From: Bigelowiella natans CCMP2755 | Lineage: Eukaryota; Protista; Cercozoa | Assembly (NCBI GenBank): GCA_000320545.1 | Contig: ADNK01001014.1 | Coordinates: forward strand, 1 to 64,000 | Reading direction: 5' to 3' | Length of the DNA stretch: 64,000 nt | Shown: positions 1 to 10,700 of the stretch, piece by piece | Position numbering within the stretch: position 1 is the stretch's first letter | Layout: every line of letters begins with the position of its first letter | Translations under genes and position numbers: made by a program | Notes under the pieces: model-generated | The model's database searches: none | Seen by the model: the letters and a program-made list of their open reading frames with translations, nothing else | Told to the model about the DNA's origin: nothing

Positions 1-176
1 CATCCTAACCCCTAAGATTTGGGTATCAACTCAATGCCATTTTTAATATCTGGTCCACCGAAAAAATAAGCCATATTCCCTTTTTCCATCCCCCCCCCCC
101 CCCCCCCCCCCCCTTCCTCCTGCAATTCTGTTCCACACAATGAATTCTTGATATCGTGATATACACTTGATCACAG

Positions 177-3100
177 TCTTATCCTTTGGACTCAAACGCC
201 ATCACGATGATCGTGGTCATGAGCATCCTCGGTGCCGCCGTTGTAGGCGCATCGGTCTACGTGTACATTAATGCGACTTGTCGTAGCACCAACCGCGAGG
301 AGGAGGAGGATGGCGAGGAGACCATTGAGAATAGTAAATTTAGCAGCATCACCGAGTATGCGACGGGAGGCAAGGGAGACAGTGAATACAACTTTGACGA
401 TGAGAATAGCTATGGCGGATATGTCTCAGAGGCCAAGGAGGATCAATCTATGAGCCAGCCGATCAACAGCATGAAGAGGGAGGTGGGAAGTGGCGATGGT
501 TGGAAAGAGGGAGGGAGGATGATAATGATGATGATGATGATGATGATGATCTTGAAATGAAGCCATTAATTACTAGGATACCAAATGACACAAACAACAT
601 TATTACCATTGCATTCTCCCCCCTGTATCTTACTACCACTTCTTCTTCTTCTTTCTTCTTCTTCTTCTTCTAGAATCCACCTGTCGGTAGAACTGCGTCA
701 GACACTACTTCCATATGGACCAAGATACTGACTTCTATCTCCCTAACAAGCTCCTACACATCATTCATCACGCTCCGAAAATCAACAGGAACAGGTCATG
801 CGGTTGGCTATGGTGGACGTAGCTCGAAGTAGAGGCTTCTGCTGCTGCTGGTGGTGGTGGTGGTGGTGGTGGTGGTGGCGGTGGCGGCGGTGGTAGTGGT
901 AGTGGTTTTGATGATGGATGATGATGATAGTTGACCATGTATTCTCCCTCTGTTACCGACCGCTCTTTGACTCTTATTATCAGTCTTTTGAGCGGCAGCA
1001 GCAGCAGCCGCCACCACAACGTGGCTTTACGCGTGTGGATTATGCAATACGACTCTTGAACGTGCAAGTAAAGTATGATGCTTTTTCGCAGAGGCCATGG
1101 ACGGTGTGCGCGTATTCTCGATGTTATGGGTGATCTTCGGGCATACGTATCTTTGGCCTTTCATTGGCCGTAATCTTCCCGGGTCGGTGACTGTTTCATT
1201 TACGATTATCATGGATCCTCGTCAATCTAATTTCCTCCAATTTCTCTCTTCTCACTTCCACCCCCCCCCCCCCCCACCCACCTCCATCACTAGGTACTCG
1301 AATCTAACGAGCATCGTCCCATTCGACGATAGCAAAGACGCGTTTATGTCCACTTGGGAGGGGCAGGTGTTGCCGTCAGCAGAGTTCTCGGTGGATACCT
1401 TCTTCTTCATGAGCGGATTTCTTGCCGCTTACGTGTCCCTAAAGAAGTTCCGCGGCAAAGAACCTCGAGACGCTGTGATGTCCGCGCCATATCTGTCAGT
1501 CTCCAACAAAACACAAAATTACGCCTAGCATGATCGCAAAACTATTGTGTGTGTGTGTGTGTGTGTGTGTTTGCGAAGAAGTGACCACCGCCATGACGAC
1601 GATGTCTATTGAAGTGTGAGCTCCACGCCCCAAGTTCATTATTTGTCCCTGTTTATATTCTCCACGTACTTCGTATCGATCTTTCACTCAATCATTACCT
1701 TGCTTATTTCCCATCATCATCGTCGTCATTATCGTCATCATCAACAACAATAACAGGTATCTCCATCGCTGGCTGCGACTAACACCGGTGTACATGCTGA
1801 TCATATGGTTTTACACCTATATCATCCCCCAAACGATGAAGGGGCCTTTCTTCAACATGAGTGGCGAGATACAAGCGTGTCAGGAGAACTGGTGGGCGCC
1901 CGCTTTACACTTTAACATGTTGCTCTGCTGCCATTGCTTGATGATGCTGAGGATGATGAGGGTGGGGATGATAATGAGGATAATAGTGGGAACGATGTAT
2001 GCAAACATTTTCTATTACTACGTATATTCTCCTCTTTGCCTTCCATTATTCTTCTTCCTCCCCTCCCCCCCCCCGGATGTTCGCGCTCTTCGTCCCGTCG
2101 TTGTTGTCACCCTCTCCTCCCCTCTAACCATATCTTCTTCTTGGGACACCTGCCCAGGTACTACAATTTTCTGTACGTGCAAACGGTGTTCCCTGACAAA
2201 CCAGAGCGAGCTGGATGCTACGGCGTTTCGTGGTATCTTGCAGACGATATGATGTTCTTTTGGGCGACGCCTTGGTTGCTTGCTGTCTTCCTATGGAACA
2301 AGGTGATCGGCGTGCTCTTCCCTCTGCTGCTCTGTGTTGGCAGCATTACTGCGGCCTGGATTGTGGCCTGGAAGAAGGTGATTGACTTGGACGATGATGA
2401 AGAGGAGGAGGAGGAGGAGGGAGGAGGATGAGGATATTGATGATAACGATGCGCAAACTTTGGATAGAGAAGCGAAGATTATCATGTTTTGTATTGATCG
2501 AAGACAAGTAGAATGCATATGTTCAGCATGTGGTAATTAATACTATTTGCTAGTTTTCCCGATCAACCCCTGTATTATTATATCTGCTACTACTGCTCCC
2601 ACTCGAGTTCCCCTTCAAGTTGCCGTACCGTTGTTGTCATCTCACCCGCCCATTGCTATTCTTCTACGCATTTCTCCTCCTTCTCCTCCTCCTCCTCCAC
2701 CACCTCCTCCTCTTCCCTACACGTATGTAGCAACTGCGAGTGGGCACATTTGATTCAAGCCCCTACCACGACTTTTACTATAACCCACCATGGATGCGAG
2801 CCCCCGCTTACCTCATCGGTGTCATCCTGGGAATGGGCTACTTCGAGTGGCGGCAGCGCAAGCTCTCCATCCCAAAGGAGTATCGTTTCCACGTGCAAAA
2901 CCTCATGGCTATAGTCGTCGCGGTCTTGTTTGGCAGCACCGTGTGGGGAGCGCAGAAGGCCAACGACGGCATTCCGTCATCCATGAGCTACAGCGACAAC
3001 AACGCCTACATCGCCCTATCCAAGCCAGCATGGTCAATAGGTGTGGGGATGATGCTGCTGATGTGCTTTGAGGGACTGGGTGGGCCGGTGGGGTGGCTGC

Positions 3101-3471
3101 TCTCACGTCCGTTGTTCAGCTACATTGCAAAGCTTACGTTCTTGATGTATCTCCTCCATCCTATGGTACTGGCTCTGATGTTCTTTAACAAACTCACGCC
3201 GATTCACTACTCGGCGGTCAACTTCTCCTTCAACTACATCGCCGCTGTGTTTGCGACGATGGCAATTGCGTTCCTAGCGCATCTCTTCGTCGAGCTGCCG
3301 CTCGCCGCCCTGCAGACCTTGCTGATGGCCAAGTTGTTTGGCCGCGAAATGGGGGGCGGGGGTAGCAAGAAGGCGGCGACGGCCAAGAAAGGAATGTTCA
3401 TGTCTACTGAGAGGAAGGGGGAGTATAGGCAGATTGGTGGGGACAATGGAGAGGTGGAGGAAGGGAAGTAG
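177..3471 (+). CDS. Acyltransferase-3 / NRF-6 (nose-resistant-to-fluoxetine)-like membrane O-acyltransferase; multi-exon, 5' end outside or at the edge of the window
   Basis: Phase-consistent GT-AG exons 177-482, 674-794, 1092-1182, 1294-1494, 1757-1891, 2158-2377, 2731-3471. The spliced protein has family motifs AMDGVRVFSMLWVIFGHTY, FSVDTFFFMSGFL, YLHRWLRLTPVY, CYGVSWYLADDM, PWMRAPAYLIG, LSKPAWSIG, KLTFLMYLLHP and ELP. Confidence 0.9.
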
Positions 3472-4266
3472 GGTCACAGCGCTAGTCTGTGAAAGCTTTG
3501 GTGTTGTGGGGAGTGCAAGGCCGCACGCACAAACTACCTACTAAAAGCAATGTCGTGACGATCGGCTTTGTTGTGCTACTTGTGGTGAATTTCGCAAGAC
3601 GGGCAACAGTTGATGTTCACTGAACTTAAACTTCATATTTCTTCTTATTCTGCATACAACTGCTCTAATGGAATAGAAACTGTACCTCGATTACAATTTT
3701 AAGACCAACAGCAAAATTAGTGTAATAATGAACGAGCGAGTTGCGCTAACATGAACCTCCTAGTCGGCATGTGTAGTTAGCATAGTGTCGGGCGCACGCA
3801 TAATAAAGCAGAAGGGGGCGCACTGAGATGAGCAACAAAGCACGCATCGATTTGCTCACTTCATTCGACTAGTCGAGGCTAAGAAGCTTTGTGCATGCTT
3901 CATGAATTCTACGACGTGCAGGCGCGGGCTGTCTTTGTAAATGACATCGATGTAGCGAGCATATACGTGCTAGCATGTAGAAAAATAAATACCATATACA
4001 TTTTATATATCACAATGTACATGTCGTAATATCTAGATACTTGAGCGTCTAAACACATCTAACCGTGCAGCGTATACCGCTTCATGCAGTACACATGCAT
4101 GCATCGCGTGTTAGCGTGGTCACACATGTGTGTTGCACCACACGTCCATTCTAGCATTCTGTGCGTGTTGTGACTGCATGTAGCAAGCTGTAATCACTAG
4201 CTATGTCTGTCGTGATGCGATGAATTCACAATGCTACATCCGAACGGCTATATATCGTATAGTAGA

Positions 4267-5376
4267 TCATTTAACTTTGTATTTTATTCTAGCCGTTTTG
4301 CTCTGCTCGTTAGTCTCTTGATGACGATCCTTAGAAACAACTGACTGTCCACCTACCCCATTTCCAAAATTCTCACCGGCTTTATTTCGGATATCAAGAT
4401 CGACCAATGCCCACTCACAGGCAAAAGCGCCGATTAACATAGCTATCACCGATGCGTCGCCGAAGATTGCCTTCGATGTTCCCCGAGGCAACTTGTATCG
4501 TGCCGAACCATGGTAGATCTTGATACAAGTTACCAAAGCAAATAAACAGAGGCGCTGAAGTGCAACCCCAAGCCCACAAATTGCGTGACGAGCGATCCAT
4601 CGCTGATGCGAGTATACATCACGGCGCTTCACAAATCCACATATTCGGAAGGAAACAATGGCATAGAGTGCCTGAATGCCTGTCCAGATAAATACAAGGG
4701 CTGCAGGGAGAGCTTCCGAGGGAATATGGTTTGGGAGGAACAAAGAGGCTGATTCGCTGGGCTGAAATTCTGGGAAGTCGTATTTATAATGCGAGAGTCC
4801 ACGTGCTTCTAGTTGCCATAGGCCGATTATAATAAGGGTGGATATCGCCAGGAATATTTTCCCCGTGATTCGATGCACGACACGCAACCGTTGAGAGGAG
4901 CTAGATGCAGGATGAAACTGGAACGGGATGAGTAACGACCACAGGGCTGCCGGAAGAATATGTGTGTAGCACACGAAACGATGGTTCACGTATTTTGATA
5001 TGATGGTAGTTGGCACGCCACTCCGGATCTCGCACTCTTCCTGAAATTCGCTATTATCCGCTGCCGTAACAAGAGGAGATTTCGAGATGCCAAGTTGGTG
5101 ACGACATGATCCTGGCATGAAGATGATCCACATTATCATCATGGAGCACAGCCCTGTGAGTGCTGCGTACCACACTCTAAGACGGAGCTCGATCTGCTCG
5201 TTCTTGTGGAAGACTGTTCCGAAGTAACGACCTAGCATTGCCCCTCCAAACATTGTGGTGAATCCAACCACAAGTGCAGGCCCATGAAGGAGAATCCACG
5301 ATGACATCGCTCGTGAGCCAGGGAGGGGGTATTCGGTGCTATCGATTGTCGAGTTGGCCTTTTCCCCCTGCGACAT
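4267..5376 (-). CDS. DUF2306-like predicted membrane protein (intronless)
   Basis: Lies within the 518-aa ORF 4267-5823; the likely start is MSQGEK at 5376. It has several TM segments and the pattern HILPAALWSLLIPFQF...HRITGKIF...HQRWIARHAICGLGVALQRL, typical of DUF2306 (H..G..Y/F; H..WM.R). Confidence 0.7.
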   Translation of the reverse strand: MSQGEKANSTIDSTEYPLPGSRAMSSWILLHGPALVVGFTTMFGGAMLGRYFGTVFHKNEQIELRLRVWYAALTGLCSMMIMWIIFMPGSCRHQLGISKSPLVTAADNSEFQEECEIRSGVPTTIISKYVNHRFVCYTHILPAALWSLLIPFQFHPASSSSQRLRVVHRITGKIFLAISTLIIIGLWQLEARGLSHYKYDFPEFQPSESASLFLPNHIPSEALPAALVFIWTGIQALYAIVSFRICGFVKRRDVYSHQRWIARHAICGLGVALQRLCLFALVTCIKIYHGSARYKLPRGTSKAIFGDASVIAMLIGAFACEWALVDLDIRNKAGENFGNGVGGQSVVSKDRHQETNEQSKTARIKYKVK

Positions 5377-5508
5377 GAAATAAGCGATGATTTCTTGCCC
5401 AAATTGGCTGTGTTTTCCTTGTCGCAGGTGACTACTTGTTTTGCCATTGTGAACTGTGAAGAAGCACCACCAGCAGCACGCAGAGAACCGAACGGCACCA
5501 ACGACGAT
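5377..5508. promoter_or_regulatory. Putative 132-bp bidirectional promoter/5'UTR region between divergent DUF2306-like and ABA4-like genes
   Basis: Inferred only from the head-to-head ATG positions (5376 on minus, 5509 on plus). Confidence 0.4.
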
Positions 5509-6061
5509 ATGCCGATTCCCTTGCTTCATGAGTATTCCGACGATGACATATTTCCGTTGCTGAATGGGGTCGTCATTGGCTGGGGCCTTCTTGCTTTTCT
5601 TCCGAGTTGGCGTCACACCCCTTTCCTCGTTCTTGTCGTCTCCTTCATCTACGCAGTATTGTATGCATTGCTTATTGGGAATTGCATGTTTGGCGGTCTT
5701 GAGGGAGAGCCGAAAGGTTATTAGTTTTAAAAATACAACGAAATATTCTTGTAATGAAAGTCTATAGCACAATCTAAATTTTTGTGTAGGTGCTGGTTTC
5801 AATTCACTGGAGGAAGTCGCCACTCTTTTTTCTTGGAGGCCAGCTGTGTTTGCAGGATGGGTGCACTATATTTCCTTCGACCTCCTCATTGGGAGATACA
5901 TTGTACTAGATGCACAGCAATGCGGGATACCCCACCTCCTTATCGTATGGTGCCTACCACTCACGTTGTTGTTTGGTCCAGTCGGATTTGCCTGCTATGT
6001 ACTTATAAAGACATTGTGGCAGTTGTGTTGCGGAAAAAAGGAAAAAAAACATCAAAGTTAA
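5509..6061 (+). CDS. ABA4-like / DUF4281 membrane protein (neoxanthin-synthesis-associated family)
   Basis: Exons 5509-5716 and 5790-6061, joined in phase 1 (PKG|AGFNSLEEVATLF). Motifs GWGLLAFLPSW, AGWVHYISFDLLIGRYIVLDA and CLPLTLLFGPVG match the family consensus GWxHYLAFDLFVG / LTLxFGPxG. Confidence 0.85.
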
Positions 6062-6931
6062 AAAGGACTTCGTGACTCTCTCTTCAAAACTTACATTAAT
6101 CAAATTCACATGCTTTTGCGATATGATGATAAGCTACAGATCAATAAATTATATTACACACATAAGCCTATCCATGCAATTTAGCATACAAGCTAGCAAG
6201 TGTAAATGTGCCTGCATTTATGTTTGTAGGGCTGACTGCATGCTTACAGGTAGCATTATTTCGAGCACATGATACAAGGGGGTGCTATCAAGATGAACCT
6301 GGAATATGTCTGACCATGTCTGATTATACACATGTGCACACATGCACACATGTGTGCTGTATGTGGTGTCACAAAAGACATGCATCTCCTTCAATGCGAC
6401 GCATGTGCGCAGACCACTTATACAACTGAGACTACGAAACCAATTATATTAGCTGCTCTATCGATCATAGCGGATCGCAGCTCGCATAGAGCTTACAGGG
6501 CTATGAGGCAGTGACGACACCAAACGATTGACAACAACTGAAAGAGAAGCACGCACGCACTGCGCTGCGCGACATCGCTAGATATCGACGACAGCTAGCA
6601 TGGATGCTTTTGCTAACATGAAGCAAATATTACAGTAGCAGAAACAAACCGACACAACACGAACGCTGCTTTTCACAGCTAGATTGGGACTAGGGATGAC
6701 CATTTAGTGTATATTTAATCACATCATTAAATCCGTCTCATGTGAGCAGACACGATGACATCAAGCACATGAGTGATCCAATTGAGCGCTGTGGTTCCGA
6801 TTTTGCACTGACAGACCCCAATGGTTGTCACGGAGCACAGCTGTAAAATGTGCACAAAGTAGAGCATGAAATTTCATCGCACAGTGAATTTGAACGAACC
6901 CCATTTGTGGTTTCAATGTGAACTGGTGAAT

Positions 6932-7180
6932 CTAATCCCGGGACTTCCTGTCGGACTTTGCTGCCTTGTATGCTGCAATAGTAGCCCTCTTGGTAGCATC
7001 TTCTGCACTCTTCAGATGACTGCTAGCGTCTATGAGAGTGCTATCTCTTTTCTTGATCGATCCCATGAGTTTGGTGTGACTCGAGACTGAAGAAGTCTCC
7101 TTCACAACTGTTTTTTTAAGTTTTTTTTTTGATGCACCCTTGAGAACTTTGGTGATGTCAGGCTTCTTGATTTCTGACAT
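6932..7180 (-). CDS. 82-aa beta-thymosin/actobindin (WH2)-like putative actin-monomer-binding protein
   Basis: Intronless ORF MSEIKKPDITKVLKGASKKKLKKTVVKETSSV...LMGSIKK...HLKSAE. It resembles thymosin-beta4 [26 protein letters not shown] and the actobindin HELKHAE repeat. Confidence 0.55.
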   Translation of the reverse strand: MSEIKKPDITKVLKGASKKKLKKTVVKETSSVSSHTKLMGSIKKRDSTLIDASSHLKSAEDATKRATIAAYKAAKSDRKSRD

Positions 7181-7938
7181 CTTTTCTAAGATATAACAAT
7201 ATATGTATGAGTACATAATGAAGCGTTCATCTCACAAAAGAGTGAAAAATTAGAAAAAGGCACAGAGAAGGGCTAGATATTAATGTTGAGCAAGTAGATT
7301 GAGAAACTTTATAAGCAATTCCTTCAGACTGTATGTGTAAGCTATATTGGTGGCCGATGCAACTAACGAAGCACACTTTTTCTTCTGCCGGAAATTCTCA
7401 CCGGATGAGGTAAATAGAGGAAATGCTCGAAGCCGAGGGGTTGGGGTCTGTTCCTCTGTCCTTCAAGTTTCTATAAAACGGAGGTCAATTAAGGGTTGCG
7501 ATATCCAATTCAAACCGAAAATGATCAAAATCCACCAGCCCCAGGATCGCGAAACAGCGAAACATCAATGGCCCAGATCTTTTCTCTATTAGACAGAATG
7601 ACTTCTATCAGAGATAAATAATGATCGATTTTATGGGGAAAATGTACCATACTCTTTGTATCAATCAGAAAGTAGCATTTATTTAATGATTTTCTTTCTT
7701 TGTTTTCACTTGATATGAGGATTAGATTTTTTATCCGAAACTACAGAAGCTGTTGGTCCAGCACGTGCCAAACTATGGAACAAAACTTGAACGGGTGATT
7801 TCCGTAAAATCTCCTTTATCTGTGGGACTGCGACATCCAATTTGTTGAGATTTTCTAATTACAGCTCTCACCACATCCTTCGAGCATCCCGAGCTCCCAA
7901 GGTCCCGAGCTCGCAAGAGGGGAGGAGGAGTGACCATC

Positions 7939-8610
7939 ATGGTGCTCGCCACTATCATCACAATCTTGGTAACAGCAAAGTGGTCAGTTCGTAGGGGTAT
8001 GCTTGGGGAAGAGGGTGGTGAAGTCATCCTTCCATTTCCATTCGTTGCCGATGCCGTCCCCAAATCATTCCTGCTCACATCAGGTGGGTATGGCGACAAT
8101 GTGCGCGGTCGTGTGGTTTTCGATCCGCCCCGGGATCGAGCGAATTAGGAAACGGAAGAAGAGGATGATGGAGATCCTTCGGACGTATGAGAAAAGAAAA
8201 AAGAAAACGCGGAAGAATGCGACTGTGTGCAATGTGTTGTGAAATTATGTGGCGGTGCGTTGAGCTCTCATATAATATTGTTGATGTTCCTACCTTGTTT
8301 TCTCCTGTAGGAGAAGGCCTTGGGAATATATGGTCGTGTCAGGGTAGAATTTACAAATCTGCATCTGCCTTCGGCGTTGGTCCGGTCCCAAAGGATCACG
8401 CGCCTTTTCTTCGTTGTTGCACACGTTGCCGTGTAGCTCACACTACTATCCTGATTTATATTGCTTTTTTATTGCACATGTTGTTGTAAGGTCAACAGAA
8501 ACGCCCTCGGATGCGTTACATGAATATGCAAAGGTGGGATTAATAGCATGAATATTCGATGCATACTTTCGGGGTCGTTAGACGTGCAAATACAGCCGTA
8601 ATACGCAACC

Positions 8611-8663
<53 letters not shown>

Positions 8664-9789
8664 ATATATAAATATATATAATGTATACATGCACAAAAAT
8701 GCTGTGCTCAGTGTAGCTAGTTACTGCTGCAAGTTGGTATTACCATTATCTATCCTCAGAGTGGATCAGAGAAGGACCTACGAGAATGCATCGCACGCGA
8801 GGGCTTCCATGTCTGTAATCTTTCGAAATCACTCGTTGTTAATGAAACATATTACACAATCCATGTCTGTAATCTTTCGAAATCACTCGTTGTTAATGAA
8901 ACATATTACATAATCCATGTCTGTAATCTTTCGAAATCATCTCGTTGTTAATGAAGCATTTTACATGAACGTGGATAAAGACGAGCGACAACAGCAGTAC
9001 GTCTTCACTCCCTACTACTTAACCTCCCCCCCCCGCTTATAGATCGACCGTGAGAACAAAAACGGCGAAACCTGCTTGATGGTAGCCGTGCGTCAAAACC
9101 GACCGAACATCATCAAGGTTATAGTGGCCTCATGCTACCAACTACTAAATAGTGGAGTGTGGAGATATAATAAATGCCCCACGCATAAAGACACAAAAAT
9201 AGACACCCCATTCTAGTTCTTTCTGATCTCCCCTCCACCCCCTTACCTTTCCGATAGAAAATACGCGACTCAATATGAATGATTTCTTATGCTGGCCGTT
9301 CGACGTGATTGCCATCATCGTCGTCTTTCTGTGGTGTGTGGATAGGTCATCATCAACCTGAAGGCTCGGATTGACGCATATGGAAAAGCTGGCACCACCG
9401 CACTACATATGAGGTGTGGTTATGATAGTTGATTGTCTCTATAATCATCTTCGCTGCAAGCAATGGAACAAGGAACTTTCGGAATAAATAATCGCTGGAA
9501 AGTTGTGAATCAAGCCATTGTAAAAACCGATCTTTTTTGGTCTTGAGTCGCTCTTAGACCGGTCGTAATCTATCCCCCCTTCCCCCTCCCTCCTCCTCTC
9601 TTTCCTTCTCGTCTTTCCCTTAATATCTCAGTGCTATGATGGGCCGTGTGGATGCTGCAAAGCTCTTGATCGAAGCGAAAGCAGGTGATATGATGCTTTG
9701 TGACTCCGCACTTCGTAATCCAGAGCTTGATTGCTAACAAGAGAAAGCATTGTTTTCTTGCACTGGAGAATGCAACGACCCCCCCCCCT

Positions 9790-9837
<48 letters not shown>

Positions 9838-10273
9838 CCTCTGTGCACACAACAGAAAGTAGTTGTCTTACTGTAGGAGGACAGGAAGCTGATCAATAAG
9901 TCTAAAAAGTCATTAATTGATTCATTGATTTGCCTCCCCCCCTCTGCGTCTGCAGATCTTGCTGTGACTATGGCAAATGTAGACGACAAAGATAGCGCAC
10001 ACGACGTGCAACTTCCCCTGGTATTCACTCGATACGATACAATACGATACAATACGATAGCAGTTGCAACGTTTCATCAAACAAAGTGATCAAGACACAC
10101 AAATGCAAATGTTCCAGTAGTTTTTCGCATGTTGCTGCTCAATACTAGGAAAGAAATGTTTCCTTCATAATCATTATTGAGATGCCGCTGATGCTGCTGC
10201 TGCTGCTGTATGTTTATCATCATCGTAGATATATTTTATATCACTCAAGAGAAGGAGAATTAGTTAGGAATAG

Positions 10274-10312
<39 letters not shown>

Positions 10313-10662
10313 CCCTCCTCTCTCTCTCGCGCGCGTTTTTTACCTTCCTCTCGTTGGGTCTCTGAATAGCTCTCGCTGTGGAAACGTATCCAAATCCTTA
10401 TCTCAGCATGATTACTATCACCTTAGATCGTCGTCGTCATCGATATCATCATCATCATCATTCACTCTATCTAACTACAGAACGCTTTGGTGTTGAGCTT
10501 AATGCACGGCCAATCAGCGATGGCCCGTCTCCTCCTTGAATCGAAAGCTGAGTAAGACTATCAAAAATCCTTCTTCTTATTTTGTTGGCAAAGTCCTTCC
10601 TCTTGCATTCTTCTTAACTAGTCCTCCTGTAGTACTCATACTGAAATGACATGCAAATGATA

Positions 10663-10700
<38 letters not shown>

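Noticed and set aside
1-24. CCTAACCCCTAA at the window start looks telomere-like
   Set aside because: There are only two imperfect units. The stretch reads as ATC CTA ACC CCT AAG ATT TGG followed by GTATCA, consistent with the end of an upstream acyltransferase exon.
5377-5823. N-terminal 149 aa of the 518-aa minus ORF as real coding sequence
   Set aside because: It is antisense to the well-supported ABA4-like gene, runs through that gene's intron and has no recognisable motif. The start at 5376 is preferred; the stretch is kept only as a possible antisense overlap.
8806-8966. CRISPR-like appearance of the 54-bp repeats
   Set aside because: The units are directly adjacent with no unique spacers, there are no cas genes, and the context is a eukaryotic intron.
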